This document shows, in pieces, positions 19,359-28,162 of a stretch of 64,000 nt of DNA. The stretch is taken from NCBI GenBank assembly GCA_965248435.1, contig OZ252100.1, positions 5,408,001 to 5,472,000 of the forward strand. The letters run 5' to 3'. The first letter of the stretch is position 1, and each line of letters begins with the position of its first letter. Position numbers and translations under genes: made by a program. The stretch comes from Candidatus Latescibacterota bacterium. Lineage in GTDB: Bacteria > Latescibacterota > UBA2968 > GCA-2709665. The notes under the pieces were generated by a model. That model had not been told where the DNA came from, made no database searches, and saw only the letters and a program-made list of their open reading frames with translations.

Positions 19359-19408
19359 AGTGGTGATTTGAGGCGTATTGCAGCCACTCTAAACAATTCG
19401 CTAAAAAG
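19359..19408 (+). ncRNA. SAM-II riboswitch aptamer
   Basis: AGTGG-TGATTTG-AGGCGTA-TTGCAG-CCACT-CTAAACAATTC-GCTAAAAAG fits the SAM-II pattern (P1 AGTGG/CCACT, UGAUUU, UUGC, GCUAAA); directly upstream of a methionine-pathway gene. Confidence 0.88.
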
Positions 19409-19448
19409 CTGCTCGACAGCCGACGTTCGTTGGCTAGAGCAACTCGTT

Positions 19449-19479
19449 TCCCGGGCTTTTTGGCGCCCGGGATTTTTTT
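19449..19479 (+). terminator. Intrinsic terminator in the riboswitch expression platform
   Basis: TCCCGGGC-8 nt-GCCCGGGA followed by T7, upstream of the TAAGGAGG SD. Confidence 0.85.
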
Positions 19480-19502
19480 ATGCGTAAGGAGGATAGGCGG
19501 CG

Positions 19503-20690
19503 ATGAACCAAGACGGCGAAGGCCTTTGTTCGTCCACAAAGGCTGTGCACGCAGGTGAAGACTACAGCCGTTGGGGACATTCCCTCACCGTGCCGATTGC
19601 CCAGACGTCAACCTATGTATTTGAAGACAGTCAAGCGGTCAACGACTTTGTGTCTGGACGAAAGCCCAGGCTGGATTACGGTCGGTACGGAAATCCCACG
19701 CAGCACGTTGCAGAGGCAAAGCTGGCAGCGCTGGAGGGGGCTGAAACTGCCCTGCTCTTCTCTTCTGGAATGAGCGCGATTACCACAACGCTGCTCGCAA
19801 TGCTCTCGAGCGGTCAGCACGCCGTGATTATGGACGACTGCTATCGAAAAACGGCTCAGTTCTGCAAAATAGTACTCCATAAGTTTGGGGTGGACACGAC
19901 GTTCGTACAGGCCGGGAATTATAAGGAACTGGAGTCCGCCTTTCAAGAAAACACTCGGGCCGTGGTATCTGAGTCTCCGACGAATCCACACCTGAACGTT
20001 TTGGATCTGGAAAGGCTAGTATCCGTTGCCAAGGAGAGACGCGTCAAGGTCGTGATCGACAGCACCTTCGCAACACCCTTCAATCAGCAACCCCTATCGT
20101 TCGGTGTGGACCTGGTGATCCACAGCGCCACAAAGTATCTGGGGGGGCACAACGATATCATATCAGGGGCGGTGCTCGGGGCGGAGCCGATCGTTTCGGC
20201 GATTAAGGATTACCGCGGCATCTTGGGCGGGATCCCAGATCCTCACTCGGTTTACTTGCTTGTTCGTGGCCTTAAGACATTTCCGTTACGGATGGCTCGC
20301 CAAAACGCAACGGCAGATTCGCTTGCGCGTTTCCTTGAATCGCATCCTAAAGTTCGCAGGGTCTACTATCCCACCCTCGAAAGTCACCCCCACTTCGAAA
20401 TCGCGCGGGCACAGATGCGAGGCTGCGGGGGTGTTGTGAGTTTTGACCTGGACGCAGACCTGGAACAGACCATGGCGTTTCTTGATCACTTGAAGATTCC
20501 CTGTATCGGTGCCAGCCTGGGAGGCGTAGAGAGCATCGTCTCTCATCCCGCTTCCATCTCCTACTATGAACTTTCGCGCGAGGAGCGTCTGGAAATCGGG
20601 ATCATCGATGAACTCGTCCGATACGCTGTGGGTGTGGAGGAAGCGGAGGATCTCATTGCGGACGTGGCTGGAGCCTTGGACAAGATCTAG
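19503..20690 (+). CDS. metB: Cystathionine gamma-synthase (Cys/Met PLP family), plant-like
   Basis: YGRYGNPT, SSGMSA, DCYRKT, ESPTNP, SATKYLGGH, SLGGVES. Confidence 0.85.
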   Translation: MNQDGEGLCSSTKAVHAGEDYSRWGHSLTVPIAQTSTYVFEDSQAVNDFVSGRKPRLDYGRYGNPTQHVAEAKLAALEGAETALLFSSGMSAITTTLLAMLSSGQHAVIMDDCYRKTAQFCKIVLHKFGVDTTFVQAGNYKELESAFQENTRAVVSESPTNPHLNVLDLERLVSVAKERRVKVVIDSTFATPFNQQPLSFGVDLVIHSATKYLGGHNDIISGAVLGAEPIVSAIKDYRGILGGIPDPHSVYLLVRGLKTFPLRMARQNATADSLARFLESHPKVRRVYYPTLESHPHFEIARAQMRGCGGVVSFDLDADLEQTMAFLDHLKIPCIGASLGGVESIVSHPASISYYELSREERLEIGIIDELVRYAVGVEEAEDLIADVAGALDKI

Positions 20691-20704
20691 TACGTGGGGA
20701 GGCT

Positions 20705-21451
20705 ATGTTTCGATCGGTGTTTGAGACGTCTTTCAAGGCTCCTTTTAAGGATCCGGAATGGCTTAGAAAGGTGTTGTTAGGAGGGCTGCTCGATTTTGGA
20801 CTGATGCTATGCGTCCTTCTGGGCCTTTCCGTCAACGTACCCACGTTCGCCTACGTCGTGCTCATTCCAATCGGGCTATTCCCCAAGCTCGCGGCGTGGG
20901 GCTATCTATATCGGATCTTCATCGACGGCCTCAATGCGGCTGAATCGAGTGAGCTTCCGCACTGGCGAGATTGGAAACAGTTTTCGATCGCGGGTTTATG
21001 GTTATTCCTCATTGTTCTCGGGTATGCGTTTCTAGCGGTAGTTGGTCTGATAGCCTTCCTGAAACCCTTCGGTGTGGCGCCTACGACCGAAGACCCTGAG
21101 AATTTCGCCATACTGGTGTCCTCGTTGTTGGCCACTTTTGCAGTCTTGTCTGCATTCTTCCCGATCGCATTCGCTCGGTTCGCAGCGGAGGGAAAGGTTT
21201 GGGCGGCCTTTGATCCCGGCTCGCTCTTGAAGGACATCCGGGAGGTGGTGCGTGCGGATTATTTGCAGGCCTGTTTCGCTTTCTTCTTCCTCTGGCTGGT
21301 CGGCAACGTGCTGCTGAGTGGGCTGCCTTACATCGGACTACCGCTGGTTTCGATCTATCTCTTCTACATCATCGCGGTTTTCGCCCGGATTTTCGGCAGG
21401 GTGATTGGCGTAGAGGGTCAGCAGGCACGCCGTAGAGCGCAGCTGCAATAG
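20705..21451 (+). CDS. Membrane protein, DUF4013-like
   Basis: PFKDPEWLRKVLLG, GYLYR, LPHWRDW; multiple TM segments. Confidence 0.75.
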   Translation: MFRSVFETSFKAPFKDPEWLRKVLLGGLLDFGLMLCVLLGLSVNVPTFAYVVLIPIGLFPKLAAWGYLYRIFIDGLNAAESSELPHWRDWKQFSIAGLWLFLIVLGYAFLAVVGLIAFLKPFGVAPTTEDPENFAILVSSLLATFAVLSAFFPIAFARFAAEGKVWAAFDPGSLLKDIREVVRADYLQACFAFFFLWLVGNVLLSGLPYIGLPLVSIYLFYIIAVFARIFGRVIGVEGQQARRRAQLQ

Positions 21452-21461
21452 CTACTAAAAA

Positions 21462-21497
21462 ATAAAAACCCCCGCTGAAACAAACGGGGGTTTTTAT
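21462..21497. terminator. Bidirectional terminator between convergent genes
   Basis: Perfect 13-bp inverted repeat ATAAAAACCCCCG / CGGGGGTTTTTAT. Confidence 0.9.
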
Positions 21498-21512
21498 ACT
21501 ACTATCTTTCTG

Positions 21513-22598
21513 TCAGAATCGGTGACCGAATCCGGCCTGAAAGTTCATTGCGGACAGCTTGATCGCACGGTCTGCGGTCGATCCGTCCCATCGGGTGGCC
21601 TGGAGTCGGAGGGTGCGGTTTCTTCCCAGCGATAGCAGAAAGCCTCCGCCACCACCCCAGAGTCGAGCGCGCCCGATGTGCAGCGGATGATTTGCCGCGT
21701 AGGCATTGGCACTCAGGTGTTTCAAATGACCCTCTCCAACGACGGTCAGGAATGAGATGGGGGTCCATAAACCTTCCAGATGGATACGGAAATCGTTGCC
21801 GTTGCTGTCGCGAGTTTCATAGAGGAAGAGGCCCCCCGCCAGGTCCTGGTTCTTTAATCTCACGATTTCGGTGATCTCGGCTTTGAGCTGGATCCGTTCG
21901 CCTTGCAGGTGCACGCTGGATTGAACGAGGGCTTGTTTTGCGTGCTGAAAGATGACTGTGCCGTCGAGGCGGTCCGTTAGATAGACGGTACCCATCACAC
22001 TGATCCGGTAGACGAACCGCTTCCAGGTATAGTCCATACCGAAGGTCATCGAGGCTTCGTCGCCCGGCTTGTAGTCAGAAAGGCCTTCGACCGGCTCGTA
22101 CGCACCTTTTCGAAAGTAGCCCAGCCCCAAACTAAGGCTGAAATGTCCGGACTGCAGCGCGCCGCTTATCGTCCCTCCTAAGTCTAGTCCCTGCCCGAGT
22201 GTCCTCACCGGAAAATTAAGGTCGTTTCGAGACAGTTGGCGTGCCAGGGAGGCCTCCGTTTCATCAAGCGCCCGCTTCCCGGTAGGCATCGTCGTGTAGA
22301 GGCTTATCAGACCTTTTCCCCACAAATTCCAGACGCCACTCAGGTGCGTGTCGAGCGTGGTCCAGACCTCCTGTGATGTCGACCCGCTCTGCTGGACGTA
22401 GATCACCGCGCTTCGAATGTTCACGCTTCCACCGGCAAAAGGAATCCGATAGCGCAGGGGTGAGACCCACTGACGAATTCGGGTTGAAGTCCCACCTTCT
22501 TTGAGCGTCACTTGATGGAGATACCCTCCAAAAAGGCTCCCGCCCAGGGCCGGGCTCGACCAACTCAGGAAAAGGATGAAGAGGCACGTACGTTTCAC
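21513..22598 (-). CDS. Putative outer-membrane beta-barrel protein
   Basis: Signal peptide, alternating amphipathic strands, terminal FQAGFGHRF. Confidence 0.6.
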   Translation of the reverse strand: MKRTCLFILFLSWSSPALGGSLFGGYLHQVTLKEGGTSTRIRQWVSPLRYRIPFAGGSVNIRSAVIYVQQSGSTSQEVWTTLDTHLSGVWNLWGKGLISLYTTMPTGKRALDETEASLARQLSRNDLNFPVRTLGQGLDLGGTISGALQSGHFSLSLGLGYFRKGAYEPVEGLSDYKPGDEASMTFGMDYTWKRFVYRISVMGTVYLTDRLDGTVIFQHAKQALVQSSVHLQGERIQLKAEITEIVRLKNQDLAGGLFLYETRDSNGNDFRIHLEGLWTPISFLTVVGEGHLKHLSANAYAANHPLHIGRARLWGGGGGFLLSLGRNRTLRLQATRWDGSTADRAIKLSAMNFQAGFGHRF

Positions 22599-23797
22599 GG
22601 TCCGACCTCTGTGCTCGGTGGTTTGAATGGATTCAGACTCTCGGCCCCTGAATACGTACCTGGAATCGCTGCCGTGAGTGTATGCGTTGTCGCCAGCCGA
22701 CTTTTGACCGCGGCAGCGGGGTCAGGTTTTGTCAAGAGATCGCGATAAAGTCCCGCGAACTCGGGCCCTTCCTGCTCTCCCTCAAGATCGAGACGCACCC
22801 AGCGAAGGGTTCGGGCAACCAGATCAGAATTCTGGTCCAGTGCCCGAGCGTCTTCCAGATGCTCGTAGGCGTGCAAGGATTTCCCCGAAAGGTAGAGCAG
22901 TAGACCCTGGGTGTGGAGGTGGAACGCCAGGGGTGACTCGATTGAAGTAAGAGGGAGGCGTTCCGATCGTGAGACCTCGAGACCTGCCTCTGCCTCCTTC
23001 AGGAGTGCGGTGTGCAACTCGAAGAGGTTCTTTAAACTCCCGGAAACGGGCGGCGCCTGAAAAACGGTCTGCCCTTCAGAGTCCAGGACTCGGAGGGTGA
23101 CCTGGATTCCGTCCCGGCCCAGATCGATCAGTGTCCCGGTCAGCGTTCGCCCAGCCCCAACCCATCTCGCAAAGTCGGCAGGCTCACCATCGGGAAAGGC
23201 ATCCTGGAACGCGTAACTCAGTGTGTGAAGCCCGAAGGGGTCTATCTGAGGCGGACCGGATCGTCTCTCCAGATCGTGGAGGATGAGATCGATGAGGCCG
23301 AGTGATAAGGCCGATGGCGAGGCCAAACCCCTCACCCGAAACGGAAAGGCGGCGATTCGATCTCCTGAAAGAGGAGGTGGAGCGTCCGATTCGAGGACGC
23401 GCAGGGCCGCTCGTTTTGCCGCCATCCTGCTCAGGTATTGGATCCTTCGGTTGATGCGGTCTGGCAGATCGGTCGCCGGTCGAAGGGGTGTCGCGCGACG
23501 GTATTCAGGTATCGCAAGGTCTGGTCTTGACAATCCTGTGTCGTAGATGAGGCCCAGGAGGAAGGCAAGTCGGGGATCTGTCTTCCTCTTCTCGGTGGCC
23601 ATGTAGGCATATCGAAGAGCACGGATGTAGTCCCGCTCGCCATAGTGTGAGAAGGCAAGGGATTCCAACTTGCCCGCGCTCAGGCCGGATTCTCTCCGGA
23701 GCGGACCGCCCTGGACCACGTGGTGGTTTCCGCACCCAAACAAGACGCACAGCAGTAAGGACTTTTGGAGGTGGCGCGTCGGCATCCTAAATGTCAT
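22595..23797 (-). CDS. TPR lipoprotein with CsgG/TolB_N-like alpha/beta domain
   Basis: Lipobox VLFGC, TPR-like helices, RIAAFPF...VGAGRTLTGT; stop codon overlaps the barrel start. Confidence 0.55.
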   Translation of the reverse strand: MTFRMPTRHLQKSLLLCVLFGCGNHHVVQGGPLRRESGLSAGKLESLAFSHYGERDYIRALRYAYMATEKRKTDPRLAFLLGLIYDTGLSRPDLAIPEYRRATPLRPATDLPDRINRRIQYLSRMAAKRAALRVLESDAPPPLSGDRIAAFPFRVRGLASPSALSLGLIDLILHDLERRSGPPQIDPFGLHTLSYAFQDAFPDGEPADFARWVGAGRTLTGTLIDLGRDGIQVTLRVLDSEGQTVFQAPPVSGSLKNLFELHTALLKEAEAGLEVSRSERLPLTSIESPLAFHLHTQGLLLYLSGKSLHAYEHLEDARALDQNSDLVARTLRWVRLDLEGEQEGPEFAGLYRDLLTKPDPAAAVKSRLATTHTLTAAIPGTYSGAESLNPFKPPSTEVGP

Positions 23798-23932
23798 TGC
23801 AGGTGTTCGATCCTATTCTGAAATTTCTTCTAGGTCCTTGCTCTTACATAACTTATCGACCGGGATGTCAAACACTTAAGCGGGAAGAGAGCGGAATTCG
23901 GGAGGCCCTTCGAGGGGCGGACTGACGAGGGG

Positions 23933-25699
23933 TCATTTCGGTTGAGCTTGAGGATCTCCTTCGGGTAAGCGCAAGGTGAACTTGGAGCCTAAATCCTCGG
24001 TGCTCTCGACCTGTATCTCACCCCCGTGGGCCTCCGTGATCCCCTTGACAATCGCCAGACCGAGGCCGGTTCCCTTTTCTTTCTCCACATCTGGGCGGTC
24101 CACGCGGTAGAACTTTTCAAAGATCCTTTTGCGGTCCTGCTCCGGGATGCCGATCCCGTTGTCTTCAACGTCTATCGTCACCCAGCCCTGGCGCATCTCG
24201 CAGGACAGACGGACTTCACCTCCCGGGGGCGTGTACTTGATCGCGTTGTCCAGAATATTTACGAACACCTGTTGGAGCTGTTCCGGATCAGCAGTGAGAT
24301 GCACCTCAGGGAAGACATCACTCCAAGTCAGTTTGACGCCTTTTTTCTCCGAAATGGGCGTCACTTCTTCAAGGGCCCTCTTGAGAATGGGCGCCAAGGC
24401 GAGTGACTGCATGCTGGGCATCAGCCGTCCGGCATCGAGTCGAGAAAAGCTGAGGAGTTGCTCGATCAGGATTGAGAGCCTCTGGTTGTCTTCACGGATG
24501 ATGCGGAGGAGCTTTTGCACGGTCCCCTCCGCTTTCTCCTTGACGAGTTCTGATAAGGACTCGGCAGACCATCTCATAGAAGTGAGCGGTGTGCGGAGTT
24601 CGTGAGAGACCGTGTTGAGAAAATCTGTCTTAAGCTTGTCGAGTTCCTGGAGACTCCGATTCGCTTCAAGGATTTCCTCTTTAGCGCGGCGGCTCTCCGT
24701 GATGTCTCGAATCAACAGGTAGATGGCATTCTTACCCGAGTATTCGATGGGGCACGCCCGAAGGTCCACAGGTGTGCGTCCCCCATCCACGGTGAGCAGG
24801 TCTAGGTCGCTTCGCTCGACTACCTCATTGGACGCTATGCTGTGGAGCAGACCTTCAAGCAGGTGCCGTTGTTCTGGAACCCAAAGGTCTTCCAGATTTT
24901 TTCCAAGGAGGCCTTCCTGTGCCGTTCGGAATAGAACCCCAGCCTGTGCATTCGCGTCGAGGATGGATCCGTCATGATCTGCGACGATGATGGGCGCAGA
25001 GTTCTGAACAAGGACGCGGTTCCTGGCTTCGGACCTGCTGATGTGACTCTCGTAGCGCTCGACCAGCCACCCGACGAAAACCCAGGTCCCGGCGGCCGCA
25101 ACCGATACAAACCCGATTCCTATGCCGATGAGGGTCTTGCGAAGCCTATCCAGACGCAGGCTCACCGGCCTGTAGGATTGATGCACGCACAGGTAAGTCA
25201 TCCACTCTGGCAACCACCTGCTCACAATGATGTCCGACTCTGTTCGGTATGCGCCGCCCTGTTCGGTCGTATTCGGATTTTGAAGGCTGCGCATATCAGG
25301 TGAGAGAGACCCCAGAAGGGATGTTGGCCTATATGTATCAAGACGAACCTGCATGCCCACAAACTCCCGCCTAGGATGCGCAAGGACGCGCCCGTTCTTG
25401 TCCAGTACACACGCAAACCCCTTCCATCCCTTTGCCTTCAGGCCCTCGAGTACCTGCTGTACTTGACCGATGGCCAAGTCGGGATCCTTATACTCCCGGG
25501 TCAGCTGATTGAAGATTATCCTCAGGTTTTCCCCGATCATCTCGTTGTCCTCTGCGACCTGCTGCTCTAGACTGGACTGCATCAGGCGAACCGCGTAGGA
25601 AGCAGAGAGTAGACCCAGACACATGATCAGTGCCGAGACCGATATGGAGGCATAGAGCTGGAGTTTGCGTTTGTCTCGAATCGTGGGTTTGAATGTCAT
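23933..25699 (-). CDS. Sensor histidine kinase (TM-Cache-like-TM-PAS-HisKA-HATPase)
   Basis: VSHELRTPL, NILDNAIKY, DNGIGI, GTGLGL. Confidence 0.95.
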   Translation of the reverse strand: MTFKPTIRDKRKLQLYASISVSALIMCLGLLSASYAVRLMQSSLEQQVAEDNEMIGENLRIIFNQLTREYKDPDLAIGQVQQVLEGLKAKGWKGFACVLDKNGRVLAHPRREFVGMQVRLDTYRPTSLLGSLSPDMRSLQNPNTTEQGGAYRTESDIIVSRWLPEWMTYLCVHQSYRPVSLRLDRLRKTLIGIGIGFVSVAAAGTWVFVGWLVERYESHISRSEARNRVLVQNSAPIIVADHDGSILDANAQAGVLFRTAQEGLLGKNLEDLWVPEQRHLLEGLLHSIASNEVVERSDLDLLTVDGGRTPVDLRACPIEYSGKNAIYLLIRDITESRRAKEEILEANRSLQELDKLKTDFLNTVSHELRTPLTSMRWSAESLSELVKEKAEGTVQKLLRIIREDNQRLSILIEQLLSFSRLDAGRLMPSMQSLALAPILKRALEEVTPISEKKGVKLTWSDVFPEVHLTADPEQLQQVFVNILDNAIKYTPPGGEVRLSCEMRQGWVTIDVEDNGIGIPEQDRKRIFEKFYRVDRPDVEKEKGTGLGLAIVKGITEAHGGEIQVESTEDLGSKFTLRLPEGDPQAQPK

Positions 25700-25759
25700 C
25701 GTAAGGTTACCTGAAGCCGGGATCGAGGTCTTTGTCAGGGCATATCGATGGTTGGGTAT

Positions 25760-25795
25760 AAAACAAGCCGGAACCCCTGAAAAAGATCCCGGCTC
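25760..25795 (-). terminator. Intrinsic terminator after the isomerase gene
   Basis: Minus strand AGCCGGGATCT...GGGTTCCGGCT followed by TGTTTT. Confidence 0.65.
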
Positions 25796-25817
25796 AAAAT
25801 GTAGGAAGCTAGACGTG

Positions 25818-26732
25818 TCAGATTAAGCTCCAGGCCGTGTCGAGTACGCGTTTGGCATTGGCAACCACGGTTTCAGGGGACTCTCCCTCCATGGGTCCAA
25901 CCTCAAAGCTGAGAATGGGGCATTTGTTTGGGTCGAGAAATCCGATATTGAGGAGTTCTGTGAGAAACTCGGCAAGTTCCTCAACATCATTTTCGCCATC
26001 TTCACATCCAAATCGCGGGTGGTTGTCCCCATAGGCGGGATGTTCCGGGTTCCGCATTACGCAGTTGCCGATATGCGCGTGGACGAGATGGTCTCGCGCA
26101 AGCCCCAGGGCGTAAGCCGGACTTTCTCCCTGGAGGGGTAAGTGACTCAGGTCAAGCATGAGACCAAAGTTTGGGTATTCCTTGCGGACCTTCAAAGATA
26201 CTTCAACGCCCAATGCGTTGGGTCCCACGAGACAGTTCTTGCCATAGGGGACTCGGTCGAATGTCTCGAGAATGATGTTCACGTCCTTTGATCCCGCATA
26301 ATCACAGAGGCGCTTCAGAGAGTCGACCAGCAGGTTTGAGGCGAGGTCCCGATCCGTGGGACCGGGGTCGGGTCCGGAGAGTAAGGCCACACCCTCTGCG
26401 CCGAATTCCTCGGCCTGGTCAATTCCTCCCTTTACGGCATCAATCGCCTGGAGTCTATGGGACTCATCCAGCGAATTCAAGTCGAGTTTGTTCCCCAACA
26501 GGATGGGCTGCGCCCCGAAAGCGACATCCAGGTGTGCGGTTTCGAGCAGTTGGATGGCCTTCGACCTGGTGTGGGGATCCTTCATCTGAGTGATTTCAAC
26601 GGCCTGAAAGTATGGGTCCTGTGCGATTTTTTCCAGGGATTCTAGGATTGGGCCCTCTCCGCCCATACAAGCCTTGTAGGCCATAAAGTGCACAAGCCCT
26701 ATCCGCGCATAGCCTTGAATGGGTTCGGTCAT
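25818..26732 (-). CDS. Sugar phosphate isomerase/epimerase (xylose isomerase-like TIM barrel)
   Basis: ILETFD, LDLSH, HAHIGN, SFEV metal ligands; ATG 26732 with AAGGAG SD. Confidence 0.8.
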   Translation of the reverse strand: MTEPIQGYARIGLVHFMAYKACMGGEGPILESLEKIAQDPYFQAVEITQMKDPHTRSKAIQLLETAHLDVAFGAQPILLGNKLDLNSLDESHRLQAIDAVKGGIDQAEEFGAEGVALLSGPDPGPTDRDLASNLLVDSLKRLCDYAGSKDVNIILETFDRVPYGKNCLVGPNALGVEVSLKVRKEYPNFGLMLDLSHLPLQGESPAYALGLARDHLVHAHIGNCVMRNPEHPAYGDNHPRFGCEDGENDVEELAEFLTELLNIGFLDPNKCPILSFEVGPMEGESPETVVANAKRVLDTAWSLI

Positions 26733-26778
26733 CAGGTCAGACTCCTTTAATCTTTGAGTATCAGGTCTCGTAGAAATG

Positions 26779-26807
26779 AAACTACCAATTCGGGGATGGG
26801 TTGTCAA
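26779..26807 (-). promoter_or_regulatory. sigma70-type promoter for the isomerase
   Basis: Minus strand TTGACA-17 nt-TAGTTT. Confidence 0.6.
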
Positions 26808-26839
26808 ACACCAATTAAGGAGAATAAGGGCTTTCCTCC

Positions 26840-26868
26840 TTGACTTTTCGAGGGGTGTCTAGTATAAT
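26840..26868 (+). promoter_or_regulatory. Strong sigma70 promoter for tRNA-Tyr
   Basis: TTGACT-17 nt-TATAAT. Confidence 0.8.
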
Positions 26869-26891
26869 TTGCCCTGTTCTGGAACGGAGAT

Positions 26892-26977
26892 GGGGGGTTA
26901 CCGAAGCGGTCAAACGGGGCAGACTGTAAATCTGTTGGCGCATGCCTTCGGTGGTTCGAATCCGCCACCCCCCACCA
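26892..26977 (+). tRNA. tRNA-Tyr (GTA)
   Basis: GGGGGGT/ACCCCCC acceptor stem, CTGTAAA anticodon loop, long variable arm, GTTCGAATC, encoded CCA. Confidence 0.96.
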
Positions 26978-26996
26978 GATTCACTCTGAAGAAATG

Positions 26997-27028
26997 AATC
27001 CCTCCTTGTCAGGAGGGGTTTCTTTTTT
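26997..27028 (+). terminator. Intrinsic terminator after tRNA-Tyr
   Basis: AATCCCTCCT-TGTC-AGGAGGGGTT followed by TCTTTTTT. Confidence 0.8.
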
Positions 27029-27090
27029 GACCAGAAGTGGGATGCCAGGCGAACGAAGTGATGCCGAGGGTCGAGTATCCCAGAAAATCC

Positions 27091-27119
27091 TTGACTTTAT
27101 AAGGGATTTTTAATATTTT
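27091..27119 (+). promoter_or_regulatory. sigma70-type promoter for tRNA-Gly and the superoperon
   Basis: TTGACT-17 nt-TATTTT in an AT-rich stretch. Confidence 0.6.
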
Positions 27120-27192
27120 GTCTAATCTCGAAAAGATTCTGGATAACTTCGCCTGGTTCTTATTCGTAAGTATTTGTTATTTATAGATTTGT

Positions 27193-27269
27193 GCGGGAAT
27201 AGCTCAGTTGGCTAGAGCATCAGCCTTCCAAGCTGAGGGTCGCGGGTTCGAGTCCCGTTTCCCGCTCCA
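27193..27269 (+). tRNA. tRNA-Gly (TCC)
   Basis: GCGGGAA/TTCCCGC, anticodon loop CTTCCAA, encoded CCA. Confidence 0.97.
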
Positions 27270-27301
27270 AGCTGCCTTCCGCAGATTGGTCTTTTATCGC
27301 T

Positions 27302-27377
<76 letters not shown>

Positions 27378-27415
27378 GACAAATCCGGAGCCTTCATTTC
27401 AGGTAGGAGTCTGTT

Positions 27416-27568
27416 TTGCCGCGGGAGCTGATCATTTTGGCGTGCAACGATTGTTCACGCCGGAATTACACGACGGACAAGAACCGAAGGCTGCATCCTG
27501 ACCGGGTGGCCTTCAAGAAATATTGTAAATTCTGCCGGACGCATACCGAGCATCGGGAGACGCGCTAA
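27416..27568 (+). CDS. rpmG: 50S ribosomal protein L33 (zinc-binding form)
   Basis: Hand translation [50 protein letters not shown]; TTG start; too short for the ORF track. Confidence 0.95.
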   Translation: MPRELIILACNDCSRRNYTTDKNRRLHPDRVAFKKYCKFCRTHTEHRETR

Positions 27569-27577
27569 TCATGGCAT

Positions 27578-27653
27578 AGGCCAGTAGCTCAACTGGTAGA
27601 GCATCGGTCTCCAAAACCGGCGGTTGCGGGTTCGAGTCCTGCCTGGCCTGCCA
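27578..27653 (+). tRNA. tRNA-Trp (CCA)
   Basis: AGGCCAG/CTGGCCT, anticodon loop CTCCAAA, encoded CCA. Confidence 0.97.
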
Positions 27654-27790
27654 TTTTTGGCTTCCGAGTAGTCGGGGATCGATCTGCGGCAATTCATCAC
27701 GGTACGCATTTTACCGGGCAACACGGTTCTACTCTCAACCTGGAGTTTGATTCTGGAAGTTGAGGGGCTTCTCCTTGGGGATGTGGCGAG

Positions 27791-27976
27791 ATGTTCCGGA
27801 AGATCCCTCAACTCTTCAGGGAAGTACGAATGGAGATGGGTAAGGTGACCTGGCCTACCCGTGATGAACTAAGATCCTCCACAACGATCGTGCTTATGGT
27901 TTCGTTGGCCTTTGCAATTTTCATTTTTTTTATTGATCAGATTCTGTCCTTCGTGATGAGCCGCATCCTGGCCTGA
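27791..27976 (+). CDS. secE: Preprotein translocase subunit SecE
   Basis: EMGKVTWPTRDEL plus single TM; synteny. Confidence 0.95.
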   Translation: MFRKIPQLFREVRMEMGKVTWPTRDELRSSTTIVLMVSLAFAIFIFFIDQILSFVMSRILA

Positions 27977-28162
27977 AGCACGATGTAACGCGAATATCGG
28001 TGCCGAAACCTTCCTCTCCAGCTTGGTCGGGCTTTTTTGGGGGCCCGAGGTTCTGAATTCCCTGATGATAATGATGAATCAAAGTGGCAGTTTGGGGGAG
28101 AGGGTAGATATGTCCATGTCCCTAAGGTGGTGGATCGAATCTAACCCGTAGGGCAAAGTTCG

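Noticed and set aside
23903-23918. GC hairpin downstream of the histidine kinase
   Set aside because: No U-tract on the minus strand; too weak to call a terminator.
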